Assembly (NCBI GenBank): GCA_963796655.1 | Contig: CAWCML010000012.1 | Coordinates: 7,401-71,400 of the forward strand | DNA: 64,000 nt | Direction: 5' to 3' | Source: an uncultured Gemmatimonadaceae bacterium | Lineage (GTDB): Bacteria > Gemmatimonadota > Gemmatimonadetes > Gemmatimonadales > Gemmatimonadaceae | Shown here: in pieces, positions 19,493-29,630 of the stretch | Numbering within the stretch: the stretch's first letter is position 1 | Layout of the letters: each line of letters starts with the position of its first letter | The notes under the pieces: generated by a model | What the model saw: the letters and a program-made list of their open reading frames with translations, nothing else | The model's database searches: none | What the model was told of the DNA's origin: nothing | Translations under genes and position numbers: made by a program

Positions 19493-22178
19493 TTCCCCTT
19501 CTCGGTCACCCGCTCGACTTCCACGCGCCAGTTGAAGATCACGTTCAGGTCGGCCGCCGCATCGCCGCCGGTCGGCACCATCAAGAACCGTTTGCCGTTC
19601 GGGGTCACGCTGTAGTCGCAGTGGAAGAGATCCTGGACCAGACCAGGCAGCGTGAACAGCAGCTTGGGCGTACCATGCGTGAAGCGCGCCCCCGTGGTAA
19701 CGGGCGTCGCGAACATCTCTCCGCGCTGGCCACGGAAGAAGAGTTCGGTGCCGTCGCGGCTCCACACCGGCTCCACGCCGCCGGCGACCGAGATCGGAAC
19801 GCGCGCGGAGTCGACGTTCGGGAACGGACGTACGTATACCTCGGCGATGCCCGATTCCTCGGAGACGTAGGCAAGCCAACGTCCGTCGCGCGAGAGCTTC
19901 ATGGCGTAGTGGTCGAAGCGCGACTGGATGAGCACCCGCGCCACGCTGTCCGTCCCGGGTTCCGCCACCAGGAGGTGCCGGCTGCCCACCCCCGAGCCCT
20001 CGGTGCGGAAGAGCGTGAATCTCCCTGCGGGGTCAAAGGCGACTTCATCCAACTTGGGCCGGCTCGGCAACACCGGCTGCTCGCCGTCGGTTCCGTCTGC
20101 GCGTCGAACGAACGCCGTTCGCACTCCGTTCACCGTGGCCATGTAGGCCACGCGGCGCCCGTCCGGCGACCAGTCGGGACGGTCCGCGCCGCCCGGATCC
20201 GACGTGAGCCGGGTGAACGCGCCGGTCGGCAACTGCTTCACCCAGACTTGCGGCGACGTCTGATCGAGGCGCACCACCACGAACTGCGTGCCGTCCGGTG
20301 ACAGCACCGGATCCTGGAACGCGCCATGCAGGCTCGTATCGACGGCGGTCATCGCGCCGGTCCGGTCCACCCAGACGAGTCCGCCGCCCTCGCCTGCCGC
20401 GCGCTCATACACCATGGCCCCGGTGGACGAGACCGCGAATTGCACGGTGCCGTTGGTGCTCTCCGTCTGCACGTTCTGCGTGACCGGGAGGGGCGTGCTC
20501 GTGAGGCGAGCCGACGCGACATCGAAGCGCGCGCCGAGGATGCGGCCGTCCGCCGTTCCGATTGCCAGATATCCGGGCGCCACATAGCGAGCGATCGTCC
20601 CGGGTGTCAGGTCGCGCGCATGCCCTGTCGCCACGTCGACGACGGCGATGTGCGAGGCACCGGCCGAACCGCGCCATACCATCACCAGAACCTTGCGGCT
20701 TCCGGGCAGCACCTCGGGAAAGTCGAATTCGGACCCGCCGGTCACCGAGTCCGGTCGCGCAATCGTCGTCACCGGGCCCCCGGCCGCCGCGACCGACGCG
20801 AGAGCCGAGTTGTACGAGAAGTAGATCCGGCCATCGTCTCCCCACGCACCACCGCCGTAGAACGGCAGAGAATCGTGAACGATCGTCCGGACCGTCCCGC
20901 CGCCAAAGTTCACGGCCTTGAGCTGCGCCTGCGATCCGGTGCCGGTATAGAACCCGATCGACTCTCCGTCCGGGGAGAAGAAGGGATCGCCGGCACCCTC
21001 GGTGTCGGCGAGTGGATGCGCGGCGGCGTCCCCGAGTTCGCGCACCCAGAGTTGCGCGACTCCATTCTTCTCTCCCACGAAGGCAATGCGCCGTCCCGAG
21101 CGCGACATCGCGAGGCGCACCGTCGCCAGCGGTGGAACGGTGACGCTGTCCGCGAGCCCCAGCGTGGCGTGCACGACGTCCGACGGCCCGACGCTGCCCG
21201 GATCGCCGCCTCGCTTGCCGATCAGCCAGCCCGCGGCGAGCGCGACGACCACCGCAGCGGCCGCGACGGCCATGACGACGCGCGACGGGCCCGCCGGTAC
21301 GCCGGCGAACGAACCCGCCGTGATCGCCTGCGTGGCGAACCCCGGATTGTTGAGCGCATCCGCGAACGCCTTCGCCGTCTCGAACCGGTCGGCCGGGCAG
21401 CTTCTCCACCGCCTTGGCCACCGCCGCCGCCACGTTCGGCGGCACACTCTTGCGCAGCTTCGTGACCGGCGCCGCCTCCTCGGTCACGATCTTCATGATG
21501 ATCTGCTGCGCCGAGTTCCCCATGTGCGGCGGCTCGCCGGTCAGCATCTCGTACAGCACGCTCGCCCAGCGAGTAGATGTCGCTGCGGCCGGTGATGTCC
21601 TTGTCGGCCGTCGCCTGCTCGGGGCTCATGTAGTGCGGCGTGCCGAGCGACATCCCGGTCTCGGTCATCCGCCCGCCGGCCGCCGCGCTCAACCGCCAGC
21701 GCGATGCCGAAGTCGGCCACCATCGGCCGGCCGTCGTGCAGCAGGATGTTCTCGGGCTTGATGTCGCGGTGGATCACGCCGTGCCGGTGCGCGTAGTCCA
21801 GCGCGTCCGCCACCTCGCGTCGTGATGCGCACCGCCTCGTCGATGCCGAGCTGCGTCTCGCGGTTCAACTTGTCGCGCAGCGTCTCGCCCTCGATGTAGG
21901 GCATCACGTAGTACAGGAAGCCGTCGGCGGTGCCCGAGTCGAACAGCGGCAGGATGTGCGGATGACTCAGCGCCGCGGTGGTCTTGATCTCGCTCACGAA
22001 CCGCTCGGCGCCGATGACGGCGGCCAGCTCGGGCTGCAGCACCTTGAGCGCGACCTTGCGGTCGTGCTTCAGATCCTCGGCCAGATACACGGTGGCCATG
22101 CCGCCCTGCCCCAGCTCGCGCTCGATGCGGTAGCGGTCGGCGAGCGCCGGCGGCGAGACGGTCGGGAGCCGCGGTCAT
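19489..22178 (-). pseudogene. Hanks-type Ser/Thr kinase with PD40 propeller ectodomain (kinase B); about 5 +1 shifts, all inside the kinase domain (about 21400, 21565, 21695, 21820, 22145)
   Basis: Fragments: MTAAPDRLAA|ALADRYRIERELGQGGMATVYLAEDLKH...|[40 protein letters not shown]|[25 protein letters not shown]|[12 protein letters not shown]...|PADRFETAKAF. The TM helix and propeller then follow in intact ORF 19489..21447. Confidence 0.85.
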
Positions 22179-24902
22179 TGGCCGGCCATCCGGCGCTTCA
22201 GCTCGTCGAGGAAGTTGAACACCACCACCACGTGCACCGCGTCGCCCGTGGTTCCCTGGATCATGAGAAACCGCTGCCCGTTGGCCGCCACAGCCCACTC
22301 CTGTGAGAACGCGTTCAGGAAATACCCCCCGGCCGCGAACAACACCCGCGGCTGCCCCATCTGGAACGCCGGCCCCGGGATCACCGGCACCGACACCATG
22401 TTGTTTGCGGCGTCGATATAGAACAGTTCCTTGCCGGTCGGATTCCACGCCGGATTCGTTCCACCCGTCGTGGACACCTGGTACGGCGTGCCTGCGGCGT
22501 CGGGAAAGGAGCGTACGTAGATCTCGCGCCGGCCCGACACGTCGGAGCTGTACGCCATCCACCGGCCATCGGGCGATATCTCCGGCAGCAGTTCTTCGGC
22601 CGGCGTGGCCACCAACGCGCGCGGCACGGTATCGACACCGGGGCGGATGGCCAGGATGTCGCCGTTGCCGGGTTCCTGGTTATCGGTGCGGAACACCAGC
22701 CACTTGCCGTCGGGCGACCAGGTAGCGCCGCCGATGGTACGCGGGTCGTGCAGATCCGGCTGCGTGATGCCCGCGTGTCCCGTGAGGTTGAGCAGGAACA
22801 ACCGCAGGCTCGTCGCGCCGAGCTTCGCCCGATCGGAGAGATACGAGACCTGATTCGTTCCGGGCCGCCAGGCGGCGCGCCAGTTGGCGGTTCCGTCGAA
22901 GGTGACGCGCACCTTGGGGCTGCCGTCCAGCGCCTTCATCCAGAGGCTGAACTTGCCATCGGGACCGGCCATGGCGACGACGATCCGCTTGCCGTCCGGG
23001 GAAAGCGCCGGGCTGTCGACCCCGTCGTCCACCAGGTCGCTGGCCACCGGCGTCGCGTCGCCGTTCCGGTTCACCCACACCAACCGGTACGACTGGACGA
23101 CGCCCTTCACGTAGGCAAGCGTGCCCCCCGGCGAAAGGGAGAGATCCCCAACGGCCTGCGCCCCGGTGGCCAGCGTGTCCGCCAGTTCGCGGGCCGGCCC
23201 GGTGGTGGTCAGCGACTTCTCGTCGAACGGGACCGCCCAGAGCACCCCGTTCGCTTTGGAAAAGATCACATCGCCGGTTGGGGCGTAGATGGCCCGGGTG
23301 CCCTGCAGGACCAGCGACACCTTTCCCGTGCGGAAATCCACGGCGCCGATCGCCACTGCGTCCTGGCTGGTGGGATTCGATGCTGGTACGACCGAAACCA
23401 GCGCGCCCCGCGCGCCCGGAAGCACGGCCGGCCACATATAACGGAGATCGCCGCGCTGCGCGTTCAGCGGAGCCACCACCTGAGGAGTGCCGCCGCGGGG
23501 CGAGACGCGGAGCAGCCCCTTCAAGCCGCTCACATACAGCATGCCGTCCGATCCCCAGTCCACGCCGCCGCCCAGGTCGGACACCGAGGTGAGTCCCGAG
23601 TCCGCTACCGTCGCCGGGAACCCACCGGTCAACGGCAAAACCTGTAGCGTGTGCGGTGGGGCCAGGTAGGCCACCGAATCACCACCGGGCGAGAACACCG
23701 AGCAGCAGGCCCCGCCCAGCGTTTGCGAATATCGAGTGGCCCCCAGCCGATCCCACCGGCGCATCCAGAGCTGCGGCTGCCCGTTGGCGCCGATGCCGGA
23801 GTAGACCAACCCGCTGCCGTCGGGGCGGAGCGCGAGGAACGGCGCGGGAACGCTCCCGTGCTGCGGCTGCTCGTTGGCCGGAAATTCCAGCATCACGCGC
23901 GTCGTGCCCCGTTCGGGCACAGGCCCGCGGCGCAGCAGCGCGGTAGCTAACGCGCCCACGGCGAGCGCTCCCAGCACCAACGCCACCACGGCGGGTACGC
24001 CGAGCGCCCGCTGCGACTTCATGAACGGCGCGCCGGCGGCCGGTGGCGTTCCCCACGCTCGCCCCCGACGTATCCGCCAGCGCCGCCGCGAACTGCGCCG
24101 CCGTGGCGAACCGGTCGGCCGGCAGCTTCTCCAGCGCCCGCAGCACCGCCGCCTCGACGTGCGGCGGCACCGTGTGCCGCTGCGCGACGATCGACGCCGG
24201 CTCCTCCGTCATCACCTTGGCCACGATGGCCTGCGCCGTGGTCCCCGTGAACGGCGGCTCGCCCACCAGCATCTCGTACAGCATCGCGCCGAGCGCGTAG
24301 ACGTCGCTCCGCGGCGTGATCTCCCGCTCGCCCATCGCCTGCTCGGGACTCATGTACGTGGGCGTGCCGAGCGACATGCCCGTCTCGGTCATCCGCGTGC
24401 CGCCGTCGCTGCGGCTCACCGCCAGCGCGATGCCGAAGTCGGCCACCAGCGCATGCCCGCCGTGCAGCAGGATGTTCTCCGGCTTGATGTCGCGGTGGAT
24501 CACGCCGTGCCCGTGCGCGTACTCCAGCGCGTCGGCCACCTCGGTCGCGATGCGCACCGCCTCGTCGACCGGGAGCTGCTTCTCGCGCGTCAGCCGGTCG
24601 CGCAGCGACTCGCCCTCCACGTACGGCATCACGTAGTAGACGAAGCCGTCCGCCTCGCCCGAGTCGAACAGCGGCAGGATGTGCGGGTGCTGCAGGTTGG
24701 CGGTGGTCTTGATCTCGGTCAGGAACCGCTCGGCGCCGATCACGGCGGCCAGCTCCGGCCGGAGCACCTTGAGCGCGACCTTGCGGTCGTGCTTGACGTC
24801 GTGGGCCAGATACACGGTGGCCATCCCGCCCTGCCCGAGCTCGCGCTCGATGCGGTAGCGGTCGGCTAATGCGCGGCCAAGGCCTGTTGCGGCGTCGCTC
24901 AA
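22175..24902 (-). pseudogene. Hanks-type Ser/Thr kinase with PD40 propeller ectodomain (kinase A); one +1 shift near 24040; only a TTG start is available
   Basis: Kinase domain in ORF 23679..24902 ([26 protein letters not shown]). TM helix and propeller in ORF 22175..24022 (ALGVPAVVALVLGALAVGALA, SPDG repeats). Its stop overlaps the kinase B start (ATGA, 22175-22178). Confidence 0.85.
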
Positions 24903-24944
24903 GGCGTGCTCGTCATGGAGTCGGCGGGGTCACGGAATACGGAA

Positions 24945-24969
24945 ATCGGACGCAGGGGGCGCGTCCGAT
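24945..24969 (-). terminator. perfect 9-bp hairpin downstream of vapC and upstream of kinase A
   Basis: ATCGGACGC-agggggc-GCGTCCGAT. On the minus strand it is followed by TTTCCGTATTCC (weak U-tract). Confidence 0.25.
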
Positions 24970-25092
24970 CAGGAGGCGAGATTTCGGGCTGTCTTGAGCC
25001 GACCGGTCAGGCGGGGAATGGAGGCGTACCGACTGGACTCAACATGGGCCACTTAGCCCCCCGGGGCAAGGAGCACTCTATAGTTGCGAATT

Positions 25093-25476
25093 TCAACCTG
25101 GGGCGAACCCAAGCGCGCGAGCAACCCGGCCCTGCGCCTCGTCCAGCGTCACGAACGAAATTGTCGCGGCGTCTCCGGCCACATACAGCGCCGTGGCCAG
25201 GTGCCAGCAGTCGGCGCCGCGCACGTACCCCGCGTCGAGCACGCGGCCGATCTCCGGCGAGAGGGGTCGGTCGGGAACGACCCACGAGATCGACCGCAGC
25301 GCGTCGACCGGTCCGTCACGCCCCTCTCGGAGGCAGGCCGCCCGCAGTTCGGCCTCCAACAGATTGGCCGCAACCAGGCGATCGAAGCCGCCGAGCCGCC
25401 GCACCAGTGCCGCCGCGCCCCGTTCACCGAATTCGAGCGCCACGAGGCACGACGTATCGACGTAGGCGACTCTCAT
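25093..25476 (-). CDS. vapC: type II toxin, PIN-domain ribonuclease VapC
   Basis: 127 aa. MRVAYVDTSCLVAL (first acidic residue), LLEAEL, GADCWHLATAL and FVTLD fit PIN spacing. ATGA overlap with the upstream antitoxin. Confidence 0.85.
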   Translation of the reverse strand: MRVAYVDTSCLVALEFGERGAAALVRRLGGFDRLVAANLLEAELRAACLREGRDGPVDALRSISWVVPDRPLSPEIGRVLDAGYVRGADCWHLATALYVAGDAATISFVTLDEAQGRVARALGFAPG

Positions 25477-25748
25477 CCGTCGCGATCGGCGAGGAAGCGC
25501 TTGAGCGCGCCACGCTTCGGCGTCCCCGGGCTGAGGACTGCCCGCGGTTCCGCGGGTTCCACGAGGATGCCCCGTTCGGCGAGCGCCGTCAGTCGGGCGC
25601 TCAGATCTTCCGACTCGGCGGCGAGGGGCCGGATCTCGACGGCCGGCTCGCCGTGCACCGTCACCACCACCGTGTGCCCCTCGCGCACGCGTCGCACGAT
25701 GGCCGACAGGTGCGCCTTGGCTTCGTACAGCGAGTAGGTGTCACGCAT
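25473..25748 (-). CDS. type II antitoxin, Phd/YefM-type
   Basis: 91 aa. YSLYEAKAHLSAIVRRVREGHTVVVTVHGEPAVEIRPL is a typical Phd/YefM N-terminal fold sequence. Confidence 0.8.
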   Translation of the reverse strand: MRDTYSLYEAKAHLSAIVRRVREGHTVVVTVHGEPAVEIRPLAAESEDLSARLTALAERGILVEPAEPRAVLSPGTPKRGALKRFLADRDG

Positions 25749-25755
25749 ACCGCAA

Positions 25756-25790
25756 ACTAGTCGATTATGGTCAGACTAGTCAAACCATAA
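25756..25790. promoter_or_regulatory. candidate toxin-antitoxin operator/promoter: two ACTAGTC repeats interleaved with the inverted repeat TTATGGT/ACCATAA
   Basis: ACTAGTC at 25756-25762 and 25775-25781. TTATGGT at 25765-25771 pairs with ACCATAA at 25784-25790. This is an AT-rich island 8-42 nt upstream of the antitoxin ATG. Confidence 0.4.
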
Positions 25791-25863
25791 CCTTCCCGGC
25801 CGGGGCTCGGCCACGCCGTGGGACGGCGGCCCCATCGGGCCGCCGCCCCACCCGCTGACCCTT

Positions 25864-28800
25864 CTACCGTTGGTCCAGCACCCGACCCGCGTTCAGGTTG
25901 TCCCAGTTCATCATCGCATTGAACACCAGCGCGTAGCTGCCGATCGTCTCGCCGCGATACACGGGGTTGTTGGCGAACAGCACCACGTGCCCCTTCCCCA
26001 CGGGATCGTCCACGACCACCGCGCGCTGGGCGATGTCGTTGCCCCCACTCAGCAGGCCCGACACCAGCAGATCGCTGCTGGTCGGTGTAGCGCAGCACCA
26101 CGCGCGGCCGCTGGTCGGGCGGAATGATGTTGAGCGGGTTGCGCAGCTGCTCGTCGGTGATCGGCTGCGCCTGCCAGGGCTCGACCTTCGGCGGAATCGG
26201 GCGCCTCGAACTGCGGCGTCAGCGCCGGCCGCCCCTGCACCACATCGTGATCGTCCACGGTGCCGCGCCCCGTCTCGCGCGCCTCGCCCCCGCCGCCGAA
26301 CCGCCCACCGCCGCCGCGTCCGCCCCCGCGTGTTGCTCACGCCGAACGTCTCGCCCTCGTCGCTGTACACGGCCAGACTGTCCTCGATGCCGTAGGCGAT
26401 CGGGCTCGCGCCGTCCACGATCCGCGTGCGCAGGAGGCTGCCCACCACCTCCTGCCCGCGCGGCCGGCTGTTGCTCACACCGCTGGTCACGCCGAACTGC
26501 ATGGCGAAGTCGGCGGTGTTGCCGGCGGTGATCAGCAGGCCGCCGTTGTTCACGAATGCCTGCAGATGCTCCAGTCCATCCCAGCCCATGCCGGGGCGGA
26601 TGTCGTCCGTGCTGTCGATGACCCCGATGTTGGGCGTCAGGGCGGTCTTCTTCCACGGCAACGGATTGCGCCACATCGGCATCCCATCGATGATCGACTG
26701 CGCGCTGCCCCCGCCCGGCGGGAACACGATCACATCGTACTTCGCGTTCAGGTCGGCGGTCTGCTCAATCACCTGCGTGCTGATGTTCTCATAGGGCACC
26801 TGCTGTTCGTCGAACCCGATCCGCCACCACCCCATGGTCTGCGTGCTCTGCCACGTGTGCAGCATCGCGATGCGCGGCGCCCGCGCCGGGTGCATCTTCA
26901 CGCTCGGCGCCGAGGCGAGCGCGGTGATCTCGATGCCGAGCGCCTTCGCGGCCTTGTCGAGATCGGCGGCCGCAACGTCGCGCACCAGGAACGACCCGCG
27001 GTTGAAGTGCCGCCCCGCCGCCGTGAACGAATCTTCGGCGGCCTGGAAGTCCGCGGTCTTGAACTGATAGCGCAGCGTGATGAGCGCGTTGTCGCCCTCG
27101 TTGTCGATCGCGTACACGGCGCCCGTTCCCTGCACGCCGCCCGGCGCCACGATGGCCGCCGGTGACCTTCTCCATCGGCGCCTTGAGCACGGTGGGGTCG
27201 GTCACCCGCACGCACTCGACGCCGAAGCCTTCGGGGAAGGTCCAGCCCGTGTCGTCGTACGGATGCTTCTGCGGATCGTCGGGCGACCAGAACTGGTAGT
27301 CGAGCAGCGCGTCGGCGATGCGCGAGTAGGGCTGGTCCATGCGAATGATGTAGCTGCCGGCCGGGAAGGTGCGCGGCTCGGTGGCCGGCGGCTTGGGCTG
27401 CATGGCCGTGTCGGCCGCCGAGCCCGGCGCCGGTGCCTGGGCGCCGCCGCGTCCGTTGCGGGCGCCACGCCCGTTGCCGTTGGCCGGCTTCTTCACCGGC
27501 ACCTGCACCGTGAACGGCGCCGTGGCGCGGGAAATCTCGACGTGCTGGCGCTGCATGATCTTGAGCAGCTCCGCCTGCGACTGCAGGCGCGGATCGTCAC
27601 CGGGCAGGACGTACGCCGCCGGCCCCTCGGTGGTGGCCTTGGCGATGGAGCGCTTGGCCTTGGTGTAGAAGTTCTCCAGGAAGAGCCCGCGGTTGTTGGC
27701 GAAGTACTCGAGCGAGACGAGGAGTCCCGTCTGCTCGTAATTGTTGTTGTCGCGCAGCGACCACTGCACGTGGGGGAGCGGCGGGTCCTGGCGGTACCAG
27801 GTCTTTTCGGTCTCGCTCGGTGAGAGCGTGCGCTCCACCGTCTCGGCGGTGCCGCCGTTGCCGAACGTCTCGTACAGCCGGCTGATGCCGTTGTGCATGG
27901 CGGCGATGAACATCAGGTAGCCGGGCGACCAGGTGTCGAAGTCGCCGTGGGCGAACACGCCGGGCATGCCGAAGCGCGTCATCTCCTGCACGTTGTTCCA
28001 CCCGATCATCTGCCATTCGTTGGCCAGCAGCGGGTCGATCCAGGCGTTGTAGGGGCCGTCGCCGATGGTGTTGTCGTACAGGAACGGCACCGATTCGTGC
28101 AGGTCGTGCAGCACCTGCGCGTTCCAGCGCACGTACGTGTTGAGCACGTTCTGCGTGAGGTCGAGCGTGGCGCCCATGGCGTCGCGGTTGTTGTCGTGCG
28201 CCACGTAGTGGCCCCAGTAGACGAGCGGGAGCGGCGTGTCCTTGGGGTGCGCCATGTGCCAGCGCACGATGTCCACTTCGCGGTCGCGGCCGTCGACCTC
28301 GACGATCGGCGTGATGAGCGTGATCAGGTGGTCGCGGATGTTCTGGATGTACGGGCTCTCGTCCACCGCCAGGCGATAGGCCAGCTCCATGAGCGCCGTC
28401 GGCGCGCCGGACTCGGGCGAGTGGATGGTGCCGGTGATGTAGTACACGGGCACCGTCTTCGGGATGAGCTGCTCGGCGACGGCGTCGTTCATGCCGATGG
28501 TGCGCGGGTCGGCGAGCTTGGCGAGGTTGGCCTTGTTCTGGTCGAGGTTCTTCCAGATGGCCTCCGACGCGACGCCCACAGCGATCATCTCGCGCCCTTC
28601 CTCGGTGTGGCCTATGGTCCAGACGCGCACGCGCGGGCTGGCCTTGGCGAGCATGCGCATGTAGGCGTAGACCTGCGACGAGTACGGCAGGTTGTCCCTG
28701 CGCGCCCGGCGATGTCGCCGAGTTCGGCCATCGGCGTGGGCACGGTCTTGGACGCCGGCAGGTAGTCCACGAGGGGCGAGCTGAAGAAGGGCTCGGTGGT

Positions 28801-28962
28801 GTACTCGCGGATCTTGGCGGTGTACGCCGAGTCGATGGGCTGGTGCGGGTCGCGGCCGGGCTTGAGGCCGTGCAGCTCGCCCTGGGCCCGCGCGGCGGGA
28901 GCGGTGACCGAGAACGCGGCAAGCGCGGCCGCGGCGGAGAGGACGTGGACAAGGCGCTTCAT
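25864..28962 (-). pseudogene. large secreted M14 family metallocarboxypeptidase (about 1030 aa); about 5 +1 shifts (about 26075, 26180, 26330, 27155, 28705)
   Basis: Signal peptide MKRLVHVLSAAAALAAFSVTAPAARAQ (ORF 28612..28962). Core in ORF 26789..29044 with HSPESGAP (HxxE zinc ligands) and HDNNRD. C-terminal domain in ORF 25864..27150 plus two short frames. Confidence 0.85.
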
Positions 28963-29149
28963 GACGAGCCTCGAGATCGGGGGACCGGGACGGGAAGACC
29001 CGGTGAAATTGGCCGTGGTGCATGGGCCGCGCCAGAGCGGGCATCAGGATCGGAGGGTCTGGACCTGATGATCCGGATGAGACGGATGGAGTGATTTAGG
29101 GTGCGGAAATCGGGTGCCGGTGCGCCTGGCCGGAGTTCCATGTTGCGGG

Positions 29150-29564
29150 ATGGCTTCGGAACTCAAAGGAAGCGGAAACCACGGGCGCGATCGTCGGCGC
29201 GTTCTACGAGGTGTACAATGCGCTCGGGTATGGATTCCTGAAGAGCCTGTACCTGGCGGCGCTGGAGCGAGAATTGCGCGCCGGGGGACACATCGTGGGG
29301 CGCGAGGTTTACGTGCCCGTCACGTACCGTGGGGCGGAGCTTGGCCGGCAACGGTTGGACATGGTGGTGGATGAGAGAGTTGTCGTCGAGGCCAAATCGA
29401 CGGAGATTCTCCATCCGAATGCCTCGCGGCAGCTCTTCGCGTACCTCCGGGCCACGAGGCTTGAGGTCGGCCTCCTCCTCCACTTCGGCCCGCACCCGCG
29501 GTTTCATCGCGTCGTCTGCCTGAACGACTCCACGGTCGGTCTTCCCCACATTCGTTCGGTCTGA
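29150..29564 (+). pseudogene. GxxExxY protein (PD-(D/E)XK-like); probable +1 shift near 29172 separates the ATG from the body
   Basis: ETTGAIVGAFYEVYNALGYGFLKSLYLAALERELR...VVEAKS...YLRATRLEVGLLLHFG matches the GxxExxY family. The body frame has no start codon upstream of the GTG at 29211. ATG at 29150 is in the adjacent frame. Confidence 0.6.
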
Positions 29565-29630
29565 CCGCCACACGGGCTCGTCGCCGCCGGACGCCCCTTC
29601 ACGCCGTTCGCCGAGATATATTGAGCGTCC

